Below are positions 53,590 through 64,000 of a stretch of DNA of 64,000 nt, in pieces. This stretch comes from Octopus vulgaris (taxonomy: Eukaryota). Positions within the stretch are counted from its first letter, which is position 1; every line of letters begins with the position of its first letter. The stretch spans positions 61,566,001-61,630,000 of the forward strand of contig OX597828.1 in the NCBI GenBank assembly GCA_951406725.2, in the 5' to 3' direction. The position numbers and the translations under genes are program-made. The notes under the pieces were generated by a model. That model saw only the letters and a list, made by a program, of their open reading frames with translations. It made no database searches and had not been told where the DNA came from.

Positions 53590-54040
53590 ATTTCCCAGTG
53601 AAGACCTCTATAAAATATAAGCACAACACACTTGATAATATGATTTAGGATAGAGAAGAGAAACTGTGCACAGTTGTGGTAATTAGCTGCCCAGCGGATG
53701 TTAACATAAAGCTAAAGATCAGTAAAAAAGAGAATACCTGCGCTGAACTTTTGAGAAATCTGTAGTTACTCTGTTCAGATTACAAGTTCAGGTTTATACC
53801 TGTAATTATTGGGACCCTGGGATATGCAACACACTGAGTAAATACTAATCATGAGAATTTAGGCTTCTCAAAACCAGAACGGAGAAAGCAAATTCAAAGA
53901 CTACAGATCCAATCCATCACTGGAACTGTAAAAATCTGTACAACTTTCCAGAAGTTTATCATCTAAATATATATGAGCATGTCTAGATACGCAACTATAT
54001 GCTTGAGAATACACACACAAAGCAAAGCATACAAATCTGC
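53590..54040 (+). mobile_element. REL-endonuclease non-LTR element 3' end (R4/Dong/NeSL-like)
   Basis: KHNTLDNMI*DREEKLCTVVVISCPAD..KISKKENTCAEL..FIPVIIGTLG..QSITGTVKI. Confidence 0.8.
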
Positions 54041-54304
54041 ACATGTACATACATACATAATACATACATACATGCATACATAAATACATACATACATACA
54101 TACTTGTACTAACGTATATACAAGCATACATGTTATTTACGCGCATGTGCGGAAAATCGGAGTGTGGCATCGAGTGCGTAGTCTCAGTCATCGTCTCGTT
54201 AGTATACTTGCAGGATATACATTGCTATGATCATATGTGTAACGTGATGAGAAGTCTAAGTAATGTGTGTGTAATGCATATATATACAAATATATCTATG
54301 TATA

Positions 54305-54337
<33 letters not shown>

Positions 54338-54724
54338 CAACACTCACATATATTTATGTGTGCGTGCGTTCGTGTATGTGAGTGTTGGTGTGTGAGACCA
54401 TGTATAAGTATATTCATTTAACAAAATAAATATATATCTTAGCTGGACATATTGTGTCGTACTACAGGAAATCAGAATTAACATTTTTAAAGACTAGAAT
54501 TATATTTAGGAAGTAATGCATTTAATTAGAAACAATTCAAATTGCTATTTTAAAAATTGGACGCAAATATAATGTTTATGATTAATTTATTGTGGTAAAT
54601 GTTGGTGTATAGAACAGATCTTTCAATAAAGGAAAACCTGACGTCTGCTAGCAGAAAATTATTTTTCTATCTTATCAGAAATGCCACTGTAGTTTGGCAA
54701 ATGTCATTTGATAAGAATTATATT

Positions 54725-54866
54725 GGTTTCAAAATTTGGCATATGGTCAACTGGTACTTATTTTGTCGACCCCAAAAGGGTGAAAGGCAATATCGGAATC
54801 TGAAATCAGAATGAAATGCCACTAAGCATTTGCCCGGCGTGCTAACAATTCTGTCAGCTCGCCGCC
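54725..54866 (-). mobile_element. SINE family A, deleted copy
   Basis: caactggtacttattttgtcgacccc..aaaggca..gcccggcgtgctaac..gctcgcc. Confidence 0.8.
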
Positions 54867-56759
54867 TTGACTTGATATAGAATATATGTAAAGTAACTTA
54901 TAACAAAGGTTCTAAGTTTGCTGCAGTGTTTAAATTACAAAGATATTGTTCCGTATTTTAAAGCGAATATGGTACAGTCATTTGAATTACTTCACTAGTC
55001 TAACAACTAACGCCTTGTATAATAGACGGTAATTCTAAATTTCGATACGCAGAATTAACCAAAACATTGGCTTATGGCCGAATACTGGTCAACTAACTAA
55101 TAATTTGAAACTTCCACGTATTTATCGAGAGAGATGTATAGTCATTATAAGTCAACAGACTGATTAGTACATATATCATTGAACCTCAAGGTTGATAAAA
55201 GCCGAAGTGAACTCAGAGCAAAGCGGTTCGAAAGAAAACGATTTAAAGTATTTTGTCTGTCGCTTTGCTGCTTCTGTTATTGTCTTGTTTTACATAGGTT
55301 TACATATATTATATCATATCTTGATACTGTGTCGGCTGAGAACCCCGTTGACATGCCACCGATATTAAAGTGTTAAATACTTATGGTATGCAAATTAGTA
55401 GCGTCAGCTCTCTGGTGCTGCTGGGTTTGTTCTGTATATAAACAGAATAGCTACTTATCTCTCCAGTATTGGTTAAGTGATGTAGACATCTGTGTTGAAA
55501 ATAGAACAAGCTGAGAAAATCGATTAAGGCTGTTTATCCCTTTTTCAATCTACGTGGAAGTAGTTAATCTACCATGTTTCGATGGTTCCAATCCTCCGTT
55601 AATTTTTTTTCTTCACTTATGCAAAACATACCAAGAATTCTTGATAGCTGTGCCAAGTTAAAAATGAAACCATATTTATTTAGGCAAAGAATCATAAGCA
55701 CATGTGTGCAATAGTATAATACACAAGATATATATACCATTTCCAAAGTACGTTTTCCACAAATACATAATAAATACACTCCTTATTGTCACAATATCGA
55801 GACGAAGAAGATACATAGAGATGAATACAATTTTGTCTTTCGCAATACATATAGTAGCAGGAAGGGCACTAGACCTTCTAAGAATAGTACAGTAAATACC
55901 ATACATATTTTGTTACCTCGTGGTAATGTAAGAAATCAATATCTGGCAAATTTGTTTCAACATTTTTTCTCTTTACGTGTAGATACTGTACGCACATACA
56001 CACAAACATACTCAGGAATACACATAAATTCACAAACGCAAGCAGAAGCATATGTGATGTCTATATGAGCATTTTGTTGTTGATTCTACTCACCATTTTC
56101 TCCTGATTTTATTTGTTCTCTCACCAAGCCATTTATACATATTTCATTGTATGAAAAGTTAGTTCCCACAGAGGAATACTTCTTCAGCGAATTAACCAAT
56201 CACATTTCAACATTACATTGCCATCACCGCTGGTCATTCATTTTCCAGCTCATTCATCATCGCCGGCTCTTTATAACGCTTAGAATACTTAATAAGTCCC
56301 TCCCTATAAATACTACTGCGGAGCGGATTTTAATGGCACTCATAACATTTTCTCCTTCCAAAAACAAAAACAAAAAAAGAAATCACTAAGCCTCTGGGAA
56401 ACCTGTCTAAAGTTCTAACTCCGCAAACACCAAAGTAGCCATGTAACTACCAAGGCTATAAGCGTAAACTTCAACATCGTAATCACAAGCAGCATCACAA
56501 CCGTTTTTCATCAACACTACTAACATCACCACTTTCAAACACTAATTTAAACAATCGAGTCGAATAATAAACACAAAACTGAAGTTGTAAATTACATCCA
56601 GATCTATCATAATTGTTAAATATATAAACAAAATTATATCAATGAACAAATAAAACAGTAAAAAGTGTCGATGGTTGGTGAGTAATGACGTCGCTAAACT
56701 GGTATGCTGGACAATGTTCACAAGTGCTAGCTTGGCGGGATGTAAAACGATAAATAGTT

Positions 56760-57200
56760 ATAAGGATGATTCTAAAAGTTTCCAAGAACGTAAAATCTGC
56801 CCTCATAAAAAGGATTTCTTCCCTTAAAAAATAAAACTAGATTTGATTCACAACCATAAACGTTTTACATGCATCATAAAATCACTTGTGGCATTGATGA
56901 TATTGATCTGTCTCTTCAAAAGTTAAATGATCCACATGACTCACAACCGGTGGTGTAGCTAATAGGGGAGCGACTGCTTCCACCAAGCACATTTTCAAAA
57001 TTGGCGCCTTTTCAACAATATCTCCTTTTTGTTTTAATTCTATTTATTTTTATGTTTTTATTAATAGCATGCGTTGGAAGAACTTTCTGGAGTCATTTGA
57101 CTTGGTGGCCGTTGACATCAGAATAACCTAATCAAACACCGATGTCATAATCTTTCGACACTGGACGATCTAGTGGAGCTCCATCTTTTGTACACCACTC
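56760..57200 (-). mobile_element. Very decayed mariner-like fragment
   Basis: RKIMTSVFD resembles KVMASVFWD; TIR-like aaggatgattctaaaagtt. Confidence 0.35.
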
Positions 57201-57442
57201 CTATATCAGTAGATGTAAATTTTATACATAATTAAATTGTTACTGAAACATGAAATTAATGAATATAGAATACAATTACATATAATATAACTAATAAAAT
57301 ATTTCCCGTAATATAAGAAAAATGAATTAAGAATTACTTCCTATAAGCCGCGGCGCCATTTTTTATGTGTTCGCTTCCGCTAACTTTAGAACCGCGTTAT
57401 GCTTCTACTCACAACACAATATATATATATATATATATATAT

Positions 57443-57479
<37 letters not shown>

Positions 57480-57489
57480 TTTCAAAAAG

Positions 57490-59572
57490 TTAAGTTTAAG
57501 AGAAATACTTTTTAGAGAGTAAAATGGTACTAACATTTAGAAAGGAATTTCAGAAATTGTGTGTAGGTTTTAATAAATGTGCAAGCGCTTTCAGTTCTCA
57601 ACGTCATCAAGCACGTGTTATGACTATTGTATATAGCGGAAGTTGTTTTAAGTAAAGTTATTGATTATATCCGGTTTAATTTCGGATTCAGAAACCTTAT
57701 GAAATATTTTTCTTTGCCTTTCGAAGTAGTTCGCTTTCTTCATTTATTCCATAAAAGGGTGACATTGTTCAATTTTCCTTGTCCACAAGTGTCTAAGTGG
57801 TTGCTGCAGCGATGTTTTATTTGGTGTCTATGCACATTTAAACGTTTGGTTAATTTTGTTTTTTGTTTCTCCAACATAGTTTTCATTGCATCCTGCGCAT
57901 GTGATACAGTGTATCAGATTTTTGATATTCAAGTCCATATTTGCAATTACCTTAAATTCCCATTTTTGAATTTTTTGGCGACGTCTGTCCGGAATCTAGC
58001 GATTTGTGCCGTCCTTTCTGATGGGACTTTCAGTCTAAAGCTGACATCGAACGATAAAGAGATATCATGATCGTCACGTTCCGGTCATTTAAGGTCGCAG
58101 CCAGCATGTAACTATACAAATTATGTGCGTTGACAGCAGAAACAGACCACTTCAGCTCTTATTATTTCGCATGTCCCATATTGATTGTCTCCATACTTGG
58201 TTACTTGCATGGTTTCTTTCTCTGATGTGAATCTTGCTTTGGTCAGAAGTCTGTTAAAGTTTTGTGGTTGTCTTCGGCTATTGATGATGTGTTGTTTCTT
58301 AAGTATTTGCCGGAGACTTGGGGACTGGTGTAGGATTGATAGTAGGCGGATTGGCTGATTGTAGAATGTTGTGGTTCCTGAGATTCTGGGTGATAACAAA
58401 TGGAATAGTTTTATATCTATTTTCATGTTTATCCTCAGTGAGAGTGCTTTTTAGTAAGATTGAGATTGAGGTATCCTTAGCATTAGTTACGGCTTGGTCT
58501 ATTAGTTTGGAGGGGTATTTTTGTTTTTTTAAGGAACAAGTCAAATTCTGCAAATCGGCTTTCTCGTATATTTGTAACCGAAACTATAGTGGATATTTGT
58601 TTTGCCATATTAAAAGGTATGTTTCTTTTTGCATGGGGAGGACGGCAAGATCTAAAGTCTAAATATTGGTGCGTGTCCATATTTTTATAATAGAGATCAG
58701 TTGCAATGATTTGGTTTTCTTTGATTATTAAAATATCTAGGAAAGGGAGTTCCCTTTCATTCATTTCCATAGTGAATTGGATTGATTCATGAATGCTGTT
58801 TATTAGTTCAAGAAATTTTGTAAGATCCGTCTTACTTTTGTTCCAGAATATAAAACAGTCATCCAAGAATCTTTTCCAGTTTCCCACTGGAAGTTTTGGC
58901 CAACATCAAAGCTGACTAAGATAGTTTCTCTTCAACCTCATAGTTAATTAACCTCATGGTTAATTAAGAAATTGACTAAGATAATTTCTTTGTTTGCTCT
59001 TTTTGGAAAGTGGTTTAGGAAGTCCATATCATCTCTGATAAAACTAGGGACCAATTTACATAGAGGTTTTAGAATCATGTTAAGCAAGTTGCTTAATCTT
59101 TAGGTGCTTGATGCTGGTCCCACTACAATTGGTCTTAATTTAAGATCAGATAGTATTGGAATCTTTAGGTATGGTCTTTGGATGTCCTTCAAATTCTCCT
59201 TGATTTCTTTAAACTTGTGGGTTTTTGGAAGTCCGTAGAAGTTACTGGTTTTTAATTTAAATTTAGTAAGGTAATCTAATTCTTTTCTTGTAAGCTCATT
59301 TTGATATGTGCTTGTAAGTTCACTAATCTTATGCAATATTCACCTATCCAGCTTATTTTGTAATTTTTTGTTGAAACCTTGGTCATTTAGATGTTCAAAT
59401 GCAATTTCTCTCTAATGGGATATGTCCATTATGAAAATTGCCCCTCCTTTGTCCGCCTCTTTAATAATTATTGAGTGATCATTTTTGTGAAGATTCCAAA
59501 GTTTCTTCTTCTTCTTCATGCGTGATATTTGGTTTTTCATGGTTCTCAGATTCCTTGTATATTCTTCTAAGT
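57490..59572 (-). mobile_element. Penelope-like element (RT plus GIY-YIG), split by a 188-bp insert at 57976-58163
   Basis: EADKGGAIFIMD; SNFYGLPKTHK..LRPIVVGP; WKRFLDDCF..LPFLDILI..TDLYYK..HQYLDF; NSRRQPQN; NLIHCITCAGCNENYVGET. Part of the RT core is deleted near 58890-58990. Confidence 0.93.
57579..57614 (-). ncRNA. Minimal hammerhead motif
   Basis: GTGC-TTGATGA-C-GTT(gag)AAC-T-GAAAG-CG-CTT-GCAC; palindromic AAGCGCTT; just 3' of the GIY-YIG ORF. Confidence 0.7.
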
Positions 59573-60040
59573 AGCTCTTATTTGTAGCAGTGTAGGTGTT
59601 CTAAAACCCTGAATTATATCTCATGACAATTATTGTTTTCCTTTTTGCTGAAACCCTGCTAACTAGCTGCCTCAATTATATATTTTTATACACATTAGCG
59701 ATTCACTAAAATATCCATAATTTTTTATGGAATAAGCGTATATGTTCGTGGCGACGTCTGTCCGGAATCTGGCGATTTGTACCGTCCCTTCTGATGGGAC
59801 TTTCAGTCTAAAGCTGGCATCGAACGATAAAGAGATATCATGATCATCACGTTCCGGGCATTTAATGTCGCAGCCAGCATGTAACTATACAAATTATGTG
59901 CGTTGACAGCAGAAACATACCACTTCAGTTCTTATTTCTAGCAGTGCAGGTGTTCTAACACCCTCAATCATATTTGATGACAATTATTGTTTTCCGTTTT
60001 GGTGAAATCCTGCTAACTAGCCTCCTCACTTAATTATATG
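59573..60040. repeat. Partial tandem duplication (period 354 bp) whose unit also occurs at 57976-58163
   Basis: 59573-59685 resembles 59927-60040; 59749-59936 resembles 57976-58163. Confidence 0.9.
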
Positions 60041-60080
60041 TATATAAGTGTATACATAAATACATACATACATAATATTT

Positions 60081-60212
<132 letters not shown>

Positions 60213-60277
60213 GAGGGAATAAAATCCAAACTTACAAGGAAAGAAAATCAATTTAGAAATACTAAATCAAATTTCAC

Positions 60278-60325
<48 letters not shown>

Positions 60326-60336
60326 TCAAATTTCAC

Positions 60337-60386
<50 letters not shown>

Positions 60387-60546
60387 GAAAAAAAAACACA
60401 TTTTATCAATTCAAAATGAACAATTAAATTGCACCATCTAGAAAATTACATATAATAGAAATATTAAAATTAAAATAAAAATAAAATGTCAATGATTAAG
60501 TAAATTGCAAAACAATAATAATAAAAACGTATATAATTTGTAGAAT

Positions 60547-60633
60547 AACGACACGTGATTCGTGGCTATATTTAAGAAATTATTATAGTAGTAGAGAAAT
60601 CACTTCGATAGAAGTATAGTCACTCATAAGGTT
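60547..60633 (-). ncRNA. Degenerate hammerhead in the left arm
   Basis: AAC-CTTATGA-GTGaCTATA..TATAGcCAC-GAATC-ACGT-GTC-GTT. Confidence 0.6.
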
Positions 60634-60680
60634 AAAAATAAACTAGAACAATAAAATAATTAATTAATATATATACTTTA

Positions 60681-60751
<71 letters not shown>

Positions 60752-61719
60752 CTAAATACACATAAGTGAAAATTAAAACAATACTTAAATTATTAAATAC
60801 TTTAAAATTAAATGAAATACACAAAGCTAGTACAAGTCATTAAATTGTAATCAAAATAAGAAATTGTTCAAATATAGACAAACTCCTTAGATAAGCTAAC
60901 TATATAATAAATATACATGTGTAGGATCTATAGATTTAATATAAGAATATATAATAAAGTTGACTAAATATCGAATAATATAATACCTAATTAACTTAAA
61001 GTTTAATATTACAAATAAATAAGCCACCTAATAATTAAATAATATATTGTCTGACGAAATTAATTCTTAAATTAAATTAAATGTAATTCGTTAGATCCCT
61101 TTATATATAAATATATATATATATATTTATAAAAAAAAAGAGATATAAGAATTGATATCTATCGTAACTTATATCTATCAATATATATAAAATAGCGAGA
61201 ATAATATGTTAATGGAAAGTAAGAAAACCTATCAACCCAAAGTTTATATAATTAATTTGAGTATATTTATATTAATATAACTAGTTTATATAATGGATTT
61301 GAGTATATTTGTACTATTTCAAATTTTTTATTGTATTATTCATGAAGAGGAATTATATTGAGTATATTAATTAGACGCTAAAACATATTAATAAATTTAA
61401 AATCCAGATAGATTAACTTAATCGTTGAACTTAGTAATTTAGTTTGTTTATCGATATTGATTAGATCTTGTTATTGTTCTGAGTTTGATCGTTGTTATTA
61501 TTGTTATTGTTATTGACTGGTTTTGTATAGGACTGGTGATTGTGATTGTACATCTTAATTTATTGTTCTTTGGTTCTAATATTTTTTGCACCTTTCTTTA
61601 ATTTAGGGGTTGATAGGCTTTCTTACTTTCCATTAACATATTGTTCTCGCTATTTTATATATATATTGATAGATATAAGTTACGATAGATATCAATTCTT
61701 ATATCTCTTTTTTTTTATA

Positions 61720-61751
<32 letters not shown>

Positions 61752-61927
61752 AAGGGATCTAACGAATTACATTTAATTTAATTTAAGAATTAATTTCGTC
61801 AGTAAATATATTATTTAATTATTAGGTGGCTTATTTATTTGTAATATTAAATTTTAAGTTAATTAGGTATTATATTATTTGATATTTAGTCAACTTTGTT
61901 ATAGATTGTTATATTAAATCTATAGAT

Positions 61928-61980
61928 TCAAACGGCGGTGCATGGCCGCAGCTCTGAGCTGAAACTAAAAAAAAAAAGAT
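61928..61980 (+). mobile_element. ~50 bp retroposed 3' tail (CR1-like LINE or SINE B type) inserted in the right arm
   Basis: ggcggtgcatggccgcagctctgagctgaaact followed by an A-run; absent from the left arm; flanked by agat repeats. Confidence 0.8.
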
Positions 61981-62157
61981 ACTACACGTGTATATTTATT
62001 ATATGGTTAGCTTATCTAAGGAGTTTGTCTATATTTGAACCATTTCTTATTTTGATTGCAATTTAATGATTTGTACTAGCTTTGTGTATTTCATTTAATT
62101 TTAAAGTATTTAGTAATTTAAGTATTGTTTTAATTTTTACTTATGTATATTTAGTAT

Positions 62158-62203
<46 letters not shown>

Positions 62204-62246
62204 TAAAGTATATTTATTAATTATTTTTTTGTTCTAGTTTATTTTT

Positions 62247-62314
62247 AACCTGATGAGTGACTATATTTCTATAATCATTTCTTAAATATAGCCACGAATC
62301 ACGTGCGTGTCGTT
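62247..62314 (+). ncRNA. Hammerhead motif in the right arm
   Basis: AAC-CTGATGA-GTGaCTATATTT(loop)AAATATAGcCAC-GAATC-ACGTGCGT-GTC-GTT. Confidence 0.68.
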
Positions 62315-62517
62315 ATTCTACAAATTATATACGTTTTTATTATTACTTTTGCAATTTACTTAATCATTGACATTTTATTGTTATTTTAATTTTAATATTT
62401 CTATTATATGTAATTTTCTAGATGGTGTAATTTAATTGTTCCTTTTGAATTGATAAAATGTGTTTTTTTCTAATTTTATATATATACATATGTGTGTGTG
62501 TATGTATGTATGTGTAT

Positions 62518-62549
<32 letters not shown>

Positions 62550-62615
62550 GTAGTAATGTATGTATGTATACATACATACATATATAATATACATACATAT
62601 ATAATATACACACTC

Positions 62616-62648
<33 letters not shown>

Positions 62649-62654
62649 CACACA

Positions 62655-63625
62655 AGTGAGCGGACAAACGAAAGAAGGCACACAACCAATTTACTGGTAC
62701 TCTTGAGTTTCAAGCGCGATGCTAGTCGTCAGCCATTTTGAATTTTAATGACAGAAGTTGACTGTTATTACAGTAAGGTGGGCTGCGATTGGTGGAGGAA
62801 AGTCACGTGGTGTCGGGGCTTGATGTTGGTATATGGGTAACAGTTAGTTGGAAAATACCGCATGGTGAAAGGGAAATTGACCCCCTAGAGGATAAGAAAT
62901 AGACAACGTGGCAGATAGGAAGTCGGCCAGGTTTTTGGCGGTGGGAAAAGGAATGGGCAGCATGTGCAAGTATATAGTTCTATATTTGGATGTGCCGACG
63001 CGCTCGTATAGTTTTGTGCACATGTGTGTATTGATGCGAGCGTGCGCATCTGTACATAGGCGCGCACGCGCACGTTTTCACACACACACTTGAACAAATA
63101 CGCACACATATACACGCGCATACGCACACATGCACACATGCGTATTCATTCGTATGCACATGTGTATATTCGCATGCATGTATGCATGCATACCAGTGTT
63201 CGAGCACACACACATGCGCCTGTACGTGTGTATTCACGCACGTGTGTGAGTATACACGCGCAAAACAAGCGTTGGGATTGGTAAGCATTGGGAATTGATA
63301 AAGGTTGTGGATTTGTTTGCGTTGGCGGTTGGTAAACGTTGAGGATTGGTAACTGGTGGTCCTGCTCATGGGGTTGTTTGGTAGCAGTGACCCTGATGCA
63401 GGCTGTGCAAACTAACAGCTGGTGCTAATGTGCTATATCCGGGTTGTCGGCAGTCAGATACCTGAAGTTTGCCAGTAGGGTGACAGCAATGCGATAAATC
63501 ATATTTCTTGTTGATGGATACTGCGGTTTGTCGGAGGATATGCAGTTTTTCGTGAAGGACGAGTTGGTAGTTGGGAGCGCCGCGTAAATATGATAGTGCT
63601 CTGTCGACAATAGTCCACTTTCTTC
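62655..63625 (-). mobile_element. PLE 3' end and pseudo-LTR, inverted relative to the adjacent RT
   Basis: Minus strand KWTIVDRALSYLRGAPNYQLVLHEKLHIL..SINKK..CCH (PLE endonuclease C-terminus), followed by a UTR with an HHR. Confidence 0.8.
62695..62735 (-). ncRNA. Minimal hammerhead motif with canonical core
   Basis: TGG-CTGACGA-ct-AGC(atcgc)GCT-t-GAAAC-TC(aa)GA-GTA-CCA. Confidence 0.75.
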
Positions 63626-64000
63626 TTGTTATGTTATCTCGGAGATCATGGAGTATCCAGAGAAAACGAGACAGGGAAGTTCAATGTCTCTATGAGGAGC
63701 TTTGACGAGGCTGAAATCGCCGAGCTCATCAGGTTATACATCTTGAATACCCTCAAGAAACGTACCCACCCACATAGATCAGCCCTCTACAGGGACAACG
63801 TCCTGGCTATCTCAAGCTATATTAATCATCACAACATGGACAGGTTCAGGAAGGACCTGATAAAAATATTTAATGAGCTCAGCATGTCTATAACGGTTAC
63901 CACCAACTTGACTACGTTCGATTTATTAGACGTAACCTTAGACCTGAGTACGGGCAAGTATTACCCCCTCCAGGAAGCCTAACGAGAATATAGTATACAT
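63626..64000 (+). mobile_element. Penelope-like RT fragment running off the window end
   Basis: FNVSMRSFDEAEIAEL (MGSFDGAE), LYRDNVLAI (YRDDGL), LLDVTLDLSTGKYYP. Confidence 0.88.

Larger units (their letters stand above)
60381..62476. repeat. ~2.1 kb AT-rich inverted repeat (arms ~60381-61238 and ~61607-62476, spacer ~370 bp)
   Basis: Arms are reverse complementary along their length, e.g. gagatataagaattgatatctatcgtaacttatatc at ~61140 versus ~61670-61705. Confidence 0.93.

Noticed and set aside
55560-55920. piggyBac-like peptide WFHF*LGTAIKNSW on the minus strand
   Set aside because: A single short motif with stops; insufficient without a profile search.
57340-57400. GC-rich patch with YY1-like cgccatttt and ETS-like cttccg
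   Set aside because: Short motifs beside a PLE end; no transcript or gene evidence to call a promoter.

Overview
This is AT-rich, microsatellite-dense eukaryotic DNA, most likely from an octopus or other coleoid cephalopod (inferred from recognisable tRNA-derived SINE families and the repeat landscape). I found no host protein-coding exon that I can support. Almost all listed ORFs are translated microsatellites or decayed transposon fragments. The window contains at least 4 SINE modules, several Penelope-like element (PLE) fragments (RT, GIY-YIG, pseudo-LTRs), CR1-like, L1/Tx1-like, RTE and R4/Dong-like LINE remnants, mariner pseudogenes and Helitron-like ends. The most notable layer is 13 minimal hammerhead-ribozyme (HHR) motifs from about 9 sequence families, most in PLE pseudo-LTRs. 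They include non-canonical cores (a U3-A8 covariant and a family-wide A6->U). A ~2.1 kb AT-rich palindrome carries one HHR in each arm. All motifs were read by eye; nothing was searched or folded computationally, and boundaries are approximate.
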